Source of the DNA: a virus
Lineage: Duplodnaviria > Caudoviricetes
IMG/VR virus record: IMGVR_UViG_3300010998_000026
Coordinates: 1 to 64,000 of that record
Length of the DNA: 64,000 bases
Strand: one strand, 5' to 3'
Both the position numbers and the translations under genes were made by a program. Below, in pieces: positions 34,994 through 48,369 of this stretch; the first letter of the stretch is position 1; each line of letters starts with the position of its first letter. Below the pieces are notes generated by a model. That model was given only the letters and a program-made list of their open reading frames with translations. It did no database searches and was not told where the DNA came from.

Positions 34994-37509
34994 TGGCTAA
35001 TGGTTATATTGGTTAGGTGCATATTGATAGTACTGATTATAAAATTGGTTCTACATTATTCGCCGTATTAGATACTGCCAATAGTTAGGGAACAATTGCT
35101 ACTAGTAATGAGACAACTACCTTTACTGTGCCATTAGATGGATTTGTAAATACTAGTGGTGTTACAGTACATATTAAATTTGTATAGGCTAATTCTGAAC
35201 CTTCTAATTTAGCATTAAAAGTAGGTAGTGATAGTGCTCATCCAATTAGTAACCCAAACGGTGCATTAACTTGGCAAGCTAATTCAGTAATTAGTTTTAC
35301 ATATGATGGTACTAATTGGGTAATGAATAGCACATAGGTTTCTGGTGGCTCTTTAAGTAATGTTAGTTTTGGTAATATTCAATCTAATGGTACATTATAG
35401 ACAAATGATGTTACTATTGCAAATGGTGATAAATTAGTTATAACTGATGCAGACGATGGTAAAATCGCAAGATCTTCTACTGCTTTTGATGGTAGCACAG
35501 AAAGTCAAGTATTATCTAAAAAAGGTACTTGGGTTGCTATGTATACACATCCAACAGGAGCAGGTAATAACCATATTCCTTCTGGCGGAAGTAGCGGACA
35601 ATTTTTAAAATATAGCAGTAGTGGTACTGCTACTTGGGCTTCTTTAACTAAAAGTGATATTACTGATTTTCCAAATTATGCTGGTTCTTCTAGTCAAGGT
35701 GGCGCGGCCAATTCAGTAGCAAATAATTTAGTATTAAAATTTGATTCTGGTTCAACAGAAGGAACTAGTTTATACACTTTTAATGGTAGCGCAGGAAAAA
35801 CAATAGATATTAAAGCAGGAGATAATATTTCATTAACCTCTGCTTCGGGATCAATTACTATTGCTAATACATATAGTTATACCTTACAACTTGCAGCAAA
35901 TGGTACTCGTGGTGGTATTTAGATTGGATATAGTGAAAGTAATTCTGGCTCTAATACTTCTCGTAATTATGCAGTAAAATTAGATAGTGAAAAAGCATAT
36001 GTAAATGTTCCTTGGACTGATACTAAAGTAAAACAAACTGCTAAAACAGACAGTGTAGCTTATAAACTTTTATTCAGCGCGGCTGGTGCAAGTCCAACAA
36101 GCGGGACAGCTTATGAAGCAGTCTATTATACAGGTTTAACATTTAATCCTTCTTCAAAAACATTATCTATTGTGGATGGAAGTACTACAGGTACTTTAAC
36201 TGCTACTAATTATAGTGGTAAGGCCGCAACTGCAGGTACCGCGGATAGTGCAAATTCGGTTGCTTTAACAAATGTAAGTAATGCAGATGATTTAAAAGCA
36301 ATTGAAGCATTAGAAGGAACTAGTGGTTTATTAAAGAAAACCGCGGCGAACGAATGGGATTTAGATACGACATCATATGCGACAACTGATACAGTAAATA
36401 ATTTATTAGCTACTAATGACGCTATGATTTTCAAAGGCGCCTTAGATGGCGGTGCATCTTCTACTACTTATACTCCCGCGGCAGAACGTGGCTGGACATA
36501 TAAAGTAACTACTGCTGGTTTAATTAATGGTGAATCAGTAGAGGTTGGAGATGTATTAATTTGTACAGTAGATAGTACAGCGGCAGCAACATCTTCTAAT
36601 GTAAGCACTGTAAAAGCAAACTGGATAATTGTACAAACTAATATTGATGGTGCAGTAACTGGCCCAACAAGTTCTACTGGCGGGCATATTGCTACATTTA
36701 GTGGCAGTAGCGGCCATCTTATTCAAGATAGTGGTTATACTATTGCTACTTCTGTACCAGCTAACGCAGTATTTACTGATAAAAAAGTAGAGTAGAAAAA
36801 ATATACTTCTTCTACAAATAGTGAATTTAGATTATTATTTAAAAAATCTGCTAATAATACAGATGAAACTGATTTAGTATATTACTCTGATATTGCTAAT
36901 AAAAATATAACATATAATCCTTCTACTGGGGCACTTAGCGCAGCTAAATTTATTGGTGATGGTTCAAGTTTAACTAATGTAACTGCTTCTTCTGTAGCAT
37001 TAACTAATGTAACAGACGCTGACGATTTGAAAGCGATTGAAGCATTAAGCGGTACCTCAGGTTTCTTAACGAAAACTGCCGCAAATACTTGGAAATTAGA
37101 CACAAGTACTTATTTGACAAGTCAAGATACTACACATTTATATGTTAATAAAACAGCAAGCCCAGGTACTTCACCTTCTAATGCAGCAGTTACTGCTTCA
37201 GATACTTTATATTTACATTTATATGATTCTACTACTAAACGTGATAGTATCCAAATAAAAGGTAGCGGTGGTACTTCTATCACAGCCACAAATGGACAAG
37301 TTATTACTATAAAAAGTAAAACATATAGTGCAACTACTACTACGGTGTTAAATTCTTTAACACTAAAATATACTGATAGTTCAGACGACCATATTGAAAC
37401 TCCTTCTACTTACACTTATGTTGCAGCAGTAGATAGAGGAACTTTATTTATTAAATCAATTGTTTATGGAACAGATTCAACTGTTAATAAAGGATTTACA
37501 GAAACTTAA
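34993..37509 (+). CDS. Tail fibre protein (~838 aa, code 15)
   Basis: Fragments 35539, 36172 and 37027 in one frame; internal duplication ADDLKAIEAL.GTSG. Confidence 0.8.
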
Positions 37510-37524
37510 AAGGCGGTGAATTAA

Positions 37525-37893
37525 ATGGGATATATAAATAAAGTAAAAATAGGTAATGATGCCCATTTAATTGAACCTACTATATATGGTGTGACAAATG
37601 GTACAGCCGCGGCAATAACCACTTCTATTACTGGATTTGAGGCTATTGAAGGAGTAGTAATTGGATTAAAAATTACTACTCCCAATAGTGCTTCTGCTAC
37701 TTTAAATGTAAATAATAGTGGGGCAAAAACAATTAGATATGAAGGAATGGCAATCGCGGCTGAAATACTTCAAGAAGGGCATATTTATAATTTTGTTTAT
37801 ACAAAAGAAAATAATGTATATTATTGGGATATACTTGGTGATTTAAGTATAGATACAACAATTGAAATAGTAGATATGATGGTGGTGACATAA
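37525..37893 (+). CDS. Tail-fibre-related small protein
   Basis: NSASATLNVNNSGAKTI motif. Confidence 0.75.
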   Translation: MGYINKVKIGNDAHLIEPTIYGVTNGTAAAITTSITGFEAIEGVVIGLKITTPNSASATLNVNNSGAKTIRYEGMAIAAEILQEGHIYNFVYTKENNVYYWDILGDLSIDTTIEIVDMMVVT

Positions 37894-40158
37894 ATGGCAA
37901 TATATAAAGGTAGTACTCCGATGGGTATTAGTTATTTTTAGGAAAGAAGAATTTATGTTGAAGTACCAGAAGGTTCTACTATTGATGATATGAGTAGTGA
38001 AAATACAGTTGCAGTTTCGCCTGATGTATATTAGGAATTACAGGAAGCCGCTAAATGGAGAACGAATAAATCAAGTAATAATATTCCTGATATAACATAG
38101 TTATTAAATAAAGATTATTATATTACAAGAAGTGATACTACTAATATATCTCCATATACAGGAACTTGGACACGTCCTTCCGATTGGCCTGATTTAGATA
38201 GTCTTAATTTACAAATGTCTGGTGATGATTATATTTATATGACGTATGATGCCACAGGAGTTGGTTCTGCAATTGCTTGGCATATAAATACTGCGAATAG
38301 TTAGCCAGCTACGTTGTAGATAGGACATATTACTAATGGAGAATATATTGCAGATGAAACTTATAGTGTTAATAATAATACAAATTTTGTACGTTGGACA
38401 GATGATTTAAGCGGATATTTGGTAATAAAAATAACAGGACAAATTACTTATTGCTATTCTTATAGTGTAACAAGAAATAATTAGACTTAGCATTATCGTG
38501 CTTAGCCTATATTAGAAAGAATAGCTTATGTGCCGCATTTAATTAATCTAATGACAAATGCAAATTCTAATGCTTGGGGAGTTTATTCTTTATAGCGCGA
38601 AAAAATTGGTAATGGGACAAGTACTGCTTTAACTAGTTTATATTGCGGTTGGAATTCTTGTTCTTTATTACAATCTTTAGATGTATCTAATCTAAATACA
38701 TCAAATGTAACAAGTTTATCTTCAACTTTTGTCCAATGTATTGCATTAAAAGAATTAGATTTACATTATTTTAATGTTTCTAAAGTTACCAATTTTTCAG
38801 CGGCATTTAAAAATTGTCGTGGATTAACTTCTCTTAATTTAACAGGATGGGATACGCACTCTGGAACAAATTTTTCAGAAATGTTTTCTACTTGTCGCGG
38901 TTTAAAAACTATACAAGGTATTGAAAATTTTAATACTTCTGCCGCAACAAATTTAAGTAGTATGTTTGCATATTGTAATATAGAAATACTACCAATAGAA
39001 AATTTTAATGTCAGTAATGTAACAACAATGGCAAATATGTTTGTTGGATGTATAGCACTAAAAAAATTAGATTTAAGTAAATGGCGTCCTTCTAAAGTTA
39101 CCGTGCTGAATGGTACATTTTAGGATTGTATAAGTTTAAAAGAATTAAATTTAACAGGATGGACTACAGGGGCATTAACTACTATTAGTAATCTTTTTTA
39201 TAATTGTAGAGGTTTGTCATATTTAGATATTTCTTGGCTTCATATTACAAGCGCTTGTACAAATATATGTAATTTATTTTATACTTGTGTAAGTTTAAAA
39301 GAACTTAATTTCCCAAATGATTGGAACTTATCAGGAATAGGTAGTGGAAATAATACTTGTAATAGTCTTTTTTCAGGATGTAATAGTCTAGAAAAAATTA
39401 CCGGAATTAGTAATTGGAAATTTTATTTTACTAATTCATTAACTTCAATATTTGCTAATTGTTGGTCATTAAAAGAAGTTGACGTTTCTGGTTGGAAAGT
39501 AGATACTATTACTAGTCTATCAAGTATATTCGATTATTGTTATAGCTTATAGTCTTTAAATTTAACAAATTGGAGCCCAGCTAATTGTACAACTTTTGCT
39601 TCAATGTTTAGATCATGTTATAGTCTTACAACAATTGGAAATACTAATAATTGGAATACTGCTAAAGTAACTAATTTTTCTTCTATGTTTTAGGATTGTT
39701 GGTCTTTATCTGCTTTACCAGATATTTCTTAGTGGGATATGAGTAAAGCAACAACTTTAGCAAATATGTGTGTAGGTTTATTACGAGTAAAAGAAATAAC
39801 AATTAATAATCTAAATTTACCTGTTTGTACTGCAATAACAACAATGTTTAGACATTGTTATAACCTTAAAAAAATCACTTTTAAGAATTGGTCTATGCCT
39901 AGTTTATCTACCGCACCTGCTCAAATATTAGGAGATTGTTGGTCTTTAAGAGATGTAGATACTAATGTAACTATTCCATTAAATCATAGTTATAATACAA
40001 GTTTGGCATTAACACATGATAGTTTATTAAATATTTTAAATGCTTTACCAACAGTTAGTACTGCCCGTACATTAAGTTTAAGCACGTAGAATGTAAACCG
40101 CTTAAGCGCGGAAGAAAAATTAATTGCAACAAATAAAGGTTGGACTTTAGCCAATTAA
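37894..40158 (+). CDS. BspA/DUF285-type leucine-rich repeat protein (~754 aa, code 15)
   Basis: Repeated MF..C.SL..LDLS.WDT..VT units; ends IATNKGWTLAN. Confidence 0.85.
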
Positions 40159-40170
40159 GGAGGAGATAAA

Positions 40171-40329
40171 ATGCGAATATTGAAAGAAAATCCTATTCAT
40201 ATTATGGCAAGTGAAGGATTTATTTTAACAAATGGAGAAGTTTATACTACTGAAATATGGCTTGGTAAATTTGATACTCCTTCTAATTGGCATGAAATCC
40301 CAATAGAGGAGGTGCCACAAGATGAGTAA
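40171..40329 (+). CDS. Small virion accessory protein
   Basis: RBS AGGAGG; ASEGFILTNGE...IWLG..D...NW.EI. Confidence 0.7.
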   Translation: MRILKENPIHIMASEGFILTNGEVYTTEIWLGKFDTPSNWHEIPIEEVPQDE

Positions 40330-43300
40330 TTTACAAAAAGTTATTTATATTTCTCAAACAGATTACGAAACTCTTTTAAACGGTGGCTCCGTTACTCGTA
40401 ATGGACGAACTTTAATAGGAATTAATCCTAATTATATATATATTACAGATTCAACACCAATAAGCGCGATTGCAGGGCTTTAGGAAGCATTAACTAGTGT
40501 AACACTACCGCATAAATTAACTATTACTTCAGATTCAACAACTTATGAATATAATGGTTCTTCTAATGTAAATGTTTCAATACCAGTAACTAGCGTTGCT
40601 TCATTAACCGGCGCGATTAGTGCTTCTGATTTAGTTACTTCATTAGGCCTTTCATAGGCGATGCATTTTCGTGGAAAAGCAACAGTAGCAATCACAGAAG
40701 GTAGTACTACTAATCCAACAATTAGTGGTTATACATTTGGTACCAATGGAGCATCTGCACTTGCTGGTGATGTAATTTTAGATTCAGATTCAGAATATGA
40801 ATATGTCTGGACGGCAGATGGAACTAGTGGTAAATGGGAAAAATTAGGTAGTAGTAGCTCCTATGCATTATCTACTCATGATCATAATAGCACTTATCTA
40901 AAATTAGATGGTTCTAATACTATGTCTGCTGATGTAAATATTCTCACAGGTGACACGAATAAATTTATTAACTTTTGGTATAATACAAATAAAAAAGCAG
41001 GAGCTTCCTGGCGCACCGGCGTATTAGGTACCGGTTCTTCTGATACAAATTATTTTACAATTGAATCTGGTACTAGTTCAACAACCGCAACAACATGGAA
41101 TACAGTATTACAAATTGGATAGAATACTTATAATGCAGGTTTTGCAGGAAATGTATATCCACTTACTACTAATACAAAAACATTAGGAACTTCTAGTCTT
41201 AAATGGGCGAATGTTTATGCTACTACTTTTACAGGTAATTTAACTGGTAATGTAACAGGTGATGTAACTGGTAATGTAAGTGGTACTGCTTCAAATGTAA
41301 CAGGAACAGTAGCTATCGCAAATGGTGGTACTGGCGCAACTACCGCGGCAGATGCTCTAGCTAATCTTGGTGGAGTTGCCGCAATAACTAGCACTGATAA
41401 TGCTATTGCTCGTTTTGATGGCACAACTGGTTAGCTTCAAGATAGCGGTGTTACAATTGATGATAATAATAATATAGTAACTAGTGGTAATTATATTGAA
41501 AATGCTGCGGGTTGCTTCCGAAAAGTACAATTATTACCAAATACAGCTTGGTCAAATTTTACTAATAACTCTTGGTATCGCTGTTGTAAAATTACCGCTA
41601 AATATAGTTCTTCTAATTTTATAATGCAAATAAGCGGCGATTGGAGTACTGGAGCACCAACAATAGCAACTATAAGTGTGTCAATAATGGGTACTAATAC
41701 AGCTATAACATTATTAAGTTGTGCTAAAGCAGGTAATATAAAAGCAATACGTATAGTTAATAATGATGGTTTATGGTTAGATGTACAAATAACTAAATAG
41801 TCAAGTGGTAATATTGGTGTACAAATAGCTAATTTTATAGGTAATGTAGTAATTTCTGATATAAATACAACATTAACTGAAACAACCGATAGTACAACTC
41901 CAGTCGCTACATTAACATTTGTAGAAGGTTATATTAATGCTAATGCTACATCAGCGAATGCATTAATTACACAAGCAGTAACTAGCACAACTTTAAACAA
42001 TACTAGTGGTACTTTTACTTTTTCTGGTAGTGGTAGCCCATGGTCTGGGTATGACTGGATTGGTTTACAAGTTGGAAGTAGTAATGATAAATTTTAGATT
42101 GTTGGAACAATTGACTCTAATTCATTATTATTTAGAACAAATGATAGTGGTGGAACAAATACTAGTTGGGGAAATTGGCAAATAATTGCTCATGCTCAAA
42201 AAGGCTCAGCAGATATTGGTAGTACAACTTAGCCAATATATATGACTTCCGCTGGTGTAATTACTGCTGGTACTGCATTAAAAGATTTAGCCTATATTGA
42301 TAAGCCTACATCAGGTGCAACAACTAAATATCTCCGTGGTGACGGCTCTTGGGTAACTTTAAGTGACATGGGGCTTTCAAGTGCAATGCATTATATAGGT
42401 ACTGTTGAAGCAAATCCAATAGATAGTGCTCCAACGGGGACTTTCGCCGCAGGTGACGTTGTTGTTTATAGTAGTTCTGAATATGTATATGATGGTACAA
42501 ATTGGAGAGAACTCGGTTCTGAAAATTCATTTAAAGTTATTCAAACATCAGTTTCTGATCCAACAGTACCAGGCTCTGGAACTACAACCGCGACCTCATT
42601 TATTGACACTATTAGTCAAGATGCGAATGGTGTAATTACTCCTACAAAAAAGAATTTGCCAGTAGCTTCAACTTCTATTGCAGGTATAATTCAAATAGGA
42701 ACCGGTGCGACAGACGCGGCTGCAGGTAATCATACACATGGTAATATTACTAATGACGGTAAACTTGCAACTGCAAATAGAATGATATGGACAGATAGCA
42801 GTAAAAACATATATGCAAGTTCTCATTATGTAGATTCTACTCATGTTGCTATTAATTATACTTCATAGCCAAGCAATACTTTTTATGTAAATGGAGGTTC
42901 CTATTTTGCTGATAATATCTCTCTTGGTAGTGAAAAAAGAATAATTTTTAAAACAAATAGAAAATATGAAGGTACTGAAAGTATTGGTTGGACATTTGCT
43001 TTATTAGTTGCACTTGGTAAAAATGACACAACTCCTTTTTTTAACATAGGAGTATATGGTATTAGAAATGCATTAAATTATGCTTATTTTGGTAGCGCTA
43101 ATTATAACGGTAATAATTTAAGAGTTTATTCCGATGGTGTGGTAAAAATTCCCGTAACTACCGCTTCTACAAGTAAAACAACTGGCGCACTTGTTGTTAG
43201 TGGTGGTATAGGAGTTAGCGGTAATGTTTATGCTACTACATTCTATGGAGATTTATCTGGTAATGCAACATCATCCTCAGCTTTAAAAAATATCAATACT

Positions 43301-44419
43301 AATACTGGTAGTGGAAATAGACCAACCAGTACAGATTTAACACATGTTAATAATGGCGGTGTATAGCATTTTAAAGTAGCAGATGAAACTAATTCAATAG
43401 TTGGAAATATTTTACATTTCCACTGGGATACTTCTAGCGCTTGGGATAGTTAGTTATTAATTCCATAGAGTTCTAGTGGTACTTCAATGAAATATAGAGC
43501 ATCTTCCGCTGCTGGTACTTGGGCTAGTTGGAGAACATTATTGGATTCTTCTAATTATTCTACTTATGCCGCGACAAGTAGCCATACTCACGGAGATATA
43601 ACTAATGATGGAAAATTAGCAAATGCTAATAGATTAGTATGGACAGATTCTACTTCAAAAATTTATGCCGGTTATCATTACGCAGATAGTACTCATATTG
43701 CCATTAATAGTACAACGGCCCCTTCCAAAAATTTATATGTTAATGGAACTACAGAACTTTATTTAAATTCAGATTCTAGCTCAGATAAAAAACTTTTACT
43801 TACTGGTGTAAATGCTGAATTAACAATTGGGTCGTAGGGAATATAGAGTTATGATAAAGGCACCACTACTCCTCATATTTTATATATACAACATAGTGGC
43901 GGAGCAATAGAAGTAGGTGGCACTTCTACTAGTACAGCCGCACGAAACATGTATGGTATGTTTGACTTTAAATCCACTAATGGTTTTACTTACAGTGGAA
44001 TGGGGACGGGCACGTATGATATAGCGCGTCCAGTATGGTTTATGTATGCTGCCAGTACAAGTACTTTAGTCAATGGACGCCCTGCTTACAGTAATGATTT
44101 TAAATATAATCCATCTACAAATACAATAACTATTGGTACTGGAACATTAACTGCAACATCATATAGTGGTAATGCCGCGAGTGCTTCCGCAATTTCTGCT
44201 ACATTAGCAACTACAACAAAAACATACCTACTTGGTACATCAACCGCGATTACTGCTACTGCCGCGAATGTAAATTTAACCGGTGATACTGGCGTATATT
44301 TAACTACAACCGCAGGCGAACTTTCAGCCTTAAAATATTCTATAAATGATGGTACTAATGAAAAAGTTAGATTAGAATATAATTCAACAGATCAATCTTT
44401 AGACTTTATATTTATTTGA
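40322..44419 (+). CDS. Long tail fibre protein (~1365 aa, code 15)
   Basis: Fragments 40661, 42242, 43139, 43487 and 43949 in one frame; HTHG repeats; TGA stop. Confidence 0.85.
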
Positions 44420-44444
44420 CTTTTATTAATATATATGGTATAAT
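44416..44444 (+). promoter_or_regulatory. sigmaA-type promoter
   Basis: TTGACT-17-TATAAT. Confidence 0.7.
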
Positions 44445-44491
44445 AGAATATAGATAAAAACTATATTCTATTATACCAAGTTGGTGATTCA

Positions 44492-46375
44492 ATGAGTTTA
44501 AAAATATGGCTACCATTAAATGGTACACTAGAAAATAAAGGTATCAGTAATGCGAGTATTACTAATAATGGGGCAACTGTAAGTACCAGTGGGAAAATTG
44601 GAAGTTGTTATTCATTTGATGGTACAAATGATTATTTATCTATATCTGATTTTAACCCAAATGCTTGGTCTGAGATTTCAATATCTTTTTGGTATAAAGC
44701 AACCACTGATATGTCAGGTTTCTTTTGTATTAGAGGAACTTCAAATAATGCTGGAACGATAAGTGTTGTTATTAATGCAAATGGTTTTAGTTTTTGTGAT
44801 ACCGTAACTACAGGTACTATGAAAACATTTGCATTTCCTAATGGTTTTCCACTAGATATTTGGACTCATGTAGTTTGTATTTATAAAAAGGGAGAAGTAT
44901 TTATGTATTTAAATGGTGAAGAACAAATACATGATACTTCTCTTATTAATTCAAATAGAAAATTAGATGTACGTACTAGTGGCGCTACTATAAGAATAGG
45001 TAGATAGCAAACTACCAGTACTAATTATTATTATAATGGTTTATTAAATGATTTTCGTATTTATGACCATGCACTTTCTGCCGTGGAAGTTAAAGAAATT
45101 GCGCAGGGATTGGTATTGCATTATAAATTAGATAATATATCTACAATTATTTCAGATAGTAGTGGATATAATAATAATGGAACAATTATTGGAGATTTAG
45201 TTATTAATAGTGATACGCCTTGTTATTCTAATAGCGTTAAATTTAATGGTTCTAATAGTACCATAAAAGTAATAGATAATAATTGGATTGTTCAAGGCGC
45301 GCGCGAAATGACTATTAATTTATGGGCCAAATCCTCTTCCTGGTCAGGTGCACATTTATTTAGTTGTACTCAAAGTGGTGGATTTAACACAGAAAACGGT
45401 AATTCTGGTTATTTGCGTTTCCCAGTACATGCTTACACTAATTCAGAATAGACCTCAACTGCCTATAAATATGATTCAAAAGAAATATAGATTTCTGCTC
45501 TATCAACAACTGATTGGAATATGTTAACATTTGTATATGATTCAACTGGTTCAAGAACTTATATAAATGGTAATTTACATCATACATATGCGTATACTTC
45601 ATATGGTATTCATTTTAATACAAGTGCTCGTTTATTCTTAGGGTGTGAAGCAAATACAGCAAGTCCAACGACACCATATTTTAATGGACAAATGAGTGAT
45701 TTCCGAATTTATTGTACTTCATTATCTGAATCTGATATAAAATTATTATATAATACTAGAATGAAAATTGATAATTTACAAAATATACATACATTTGAAT
45801 TAAATGAGAATGGAACTAATAAGTTAACTAAAACTGGTATCTTATATAATAATATAGTAGAACCATATCTTACCCTTCCAGATGGAAGTAATTGGAAATT
45901 ATTATTATATCATTATGTAGATAATGGGAATAATTTATTCACTAAAACTAATGCTACTTATTGTAATGATTTTGGCTTATATAGTAGATTAAAAGACGTA
46001 AATAATTATACTTATGATGGTAAATATGAATTTTATGTTATTCAAGATGGAATAGAATATCGTTGGACCTAGACTTCATAGCCAACTGCTTCTTCTATCG
46101 CGGGATTAACTACTGTTAGCGGCTATACTAATCCAGTAAATGGACTAGCAAAAGCAAATCAATCTAATACTTATATTGGATATGGCTCATGGTGGGGTGC
46201 TTGTGGTTGTTGGACAAAATATTCTACTGGCGGGAAAACAGGTATTCCTGGTTTTGGCACCCACGGTGCTAATGGTATGTGTACTAAATATTTAGCTTTA
46301 TATACTCGAATAGATAAATCACACGCATCTCTTATTAATTTAAGTAGTGAAGCAAATGAATTTATCGAACGCTAA
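44492..46375 (+). CDS. Tandem LamG/concanavalin A-like lectin domain protein (~627 aa, code 15)
   Basis: WTHVVC.Y...YLNG...NDFRIYDHALS..EV; second copy FNGQMSDFRIY. Confidence 0.85.
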
Positions 46376-46389
46376 GGAGGTAAAAGGAG

Positions 46390-47400
46390 ATGGCACAACT
46401 TAAAGATACTACAATTTCCGGCAGCCTACGGGCTACTGATACTTTATATACAACGACAATGTAGGCATCAATTTTTAAAGCCCCTTCAACCAGCGGCGGC
46501 GCTACATATGGAGTCGGCACTAGTGGATAGGTATTACGTTCTAATGGAACTACTACTTATTGGGCTTCATTAGGTGCCGCCGCGGATAAAGGAGTAACAG
46601 ACAATTCAACTGAAACAGCAGTAACTTCAACTGATACAAATCTTATTACTGGTCGTACTCTATATAATGCTGGCTATGTAAAATCATCTGGAGTAATAAT
46701 TACAGATAGTAATTCTAAAATAATTCATAATACTTGGTTATTAGGAAATACAACTACTGGGTCTTCATACATAACTTTCTATCAAAAAAATACCACTACT
46801 TTTAACGCTGCGAATGAAGTAGCATTTATCCAAAATGGTTTATTTTCTGATGGTAGCACACGTATTGGTATGTCAGTATATAGTAATGATACTCCTAAAG
46901 CCAGCCCGCCAGTTACCGCATATTTTCAAGTTGGAGTCACATTGGGAGGAGCTTTACGTAGTTATAGTAATGCAAAGATATATGGCGCTGTTTGGAATGA
47001 CTACGCAGAATATCGTTATACAAATCAAGCAGCAGTACCGGGGTCATGCGTAATAGATAATACAGACGGTACATTAAGTCTTTCTACTAAGCGCCTATAG
47101 CCAGGTGCTTAGATTGTTTCAGACACATTTGGTTTTGCTATTGGTGAAACTGATAATTGTAAAACACCGTTAGCGGTTTCAGGACGAGTTCTTGCTAAAA
47201 CATTCCGCGATCGTTATGATTATAAGGCCGGGATGTGTGTTTGTTCTGCTCCCAATGGTACAGTAGATATAATGACACGAGAAGAAATACAATAGTATCC
47301 GGATTGTATAGTTGGTATTGTTTCAGAAGTACCAGAATATAAAACTTGGGGAACAGGAAATATTGAAGTTAATAAACGTATTTGGATTAAAGTAAAATAA
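46390..47400 (+). CDS. Tail fibre protein with C-terminal chaperone/peptidase-like domain (code 15)
   Basis: GAVWNDYAEY...PLAVSGRV...IWIKVK; RBS AAGGAG. Confidence 0.75.
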
Positions 47401-47410
47401 GGTGATGTAA

Positions 47411-48091
47411 ATGGCGTACTGTTATGTATTATTTCCAATTGGTACTGGTTCTGTTGCTGTAGCAAGGCAAACAGTTGATGCAAATGCTACACCATTCACC
47501 ACCTATTGGGAAGGTTCTAAAACTTTTACTGTACCAAATGGTTACACTATCTCCGCGGCGAGTATATATTTTACATATAACGAAGATTCTTTTAGTGCTG
47601 AGCATGTAGATGTAAATGTTACTCATCGCGGGAACATAACTTGGTCTGGGTATAACTCTGATTATCAAACTTCAATTCCATTTTCTATTAATACCCCTAC
47701 TGGTAATACTTCCGCAACTTTTTATTATAATATTGCAACTTATGTATATAATATAGACACAACAGCTTCCTATCGTGCTTATGAAATGCAATATACTTAT
47801 ACAGCTTGGATTTGTTTTAAATTAGAGATTCCAACTTTAGAAAGTACAATTACCGCCGCGGAGTTAAACGCCTTTGCTAAAATTTTTGATACTACAACTG
47901 TATCAGTTGGCAGTAATATAACACGAGCAGCCTGGCAAGCAATTGGTACAGCAATTGGGACAATGACTACTACATGGAATGGTTCTACACATGCAACTGC
48001 CGTAACTTTTGATTCTACTAAACCACTTTCTTCTAACTTACAATCTATTATTACAAATATGACAGATAAATTTTTAATCCGTTCAAGTTGA
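47411..48091 (+). CDS. Hypothetical virion protein
   Basis: ORF track, RBS AAGGTG. Confidence 0.7.
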   Translation: MAYCYVLFPIGTGSVAVARQTVDANATPFTTYWEGSKTFTVPNGYTISAASIYFTYNEDSFSAEHVDVNVTHRGNITWSGYNSDYQTSIPFSINTPTGNTSATFYYNIATYVYNIDTTASYRAYEMQYTYTAWICFKLEIPTLESTITAAELNAFAKIFDTTTVSVGSNITRAAWQAIGTAIGTMTTTWNGSTHATAVTFDSTKPLSSNLQSIITNMTDKFLIRSS

Positions 48092-48105
48092 ATATTTATT
48101 TTATT

Positions 48106-48142
48106 ACTAATAAAAGAGGGAAACCTCTTTTATTAGTTTTTT
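48106..48142 (+). terminator. Intrinsic terminator
   Basis: ACTAATAAAAGAGG-GAAA-CCTCTTTTATTAGT plus T tract. Confidence 0.8.
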
Positions 48143-48153
48143 GAGGTGATATT

Positions 48154-48357
48154 ATGGCACATACAATGACTAAAAGAGGAAATATTGATAATATCGTAGC
48201 ATACGAACATTTCTGTGATACAAAAGCGGACATGGCAGATATTGACCCAAAAGAAATTACTCTTGGTTCAGTTTGCGTTATTCTTCAAGATGAAACTAAA
48301 AATGATACTTTACAATTTATGTTGGCGAAAAGTGATAAGACTTGGATATATGCCTAA
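48154..48357 (+). CDS. Small hypothetical protein
   Basis: RBS GAGGTG; ORF track. Confidence 0.75.
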   Translation: MAHTMTKRGNIDNIVAYEHFCDTKADMADIDPKEITLGSVCVILQDETKNDTLQFMLAKSDKTWIYA

Positions 48358-48369
48358 GGAGGGAATAAT

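Noticed and set aside
9560-47668. Many minus-strand and alternate-frame ORFs in the track (e.g. 9560-9940, 22697-23119, 25469-25915, 27726-28115)
   Set aside because: Shadows of long plus-strand code-15 genes, with no RBS or recognisable motifs.
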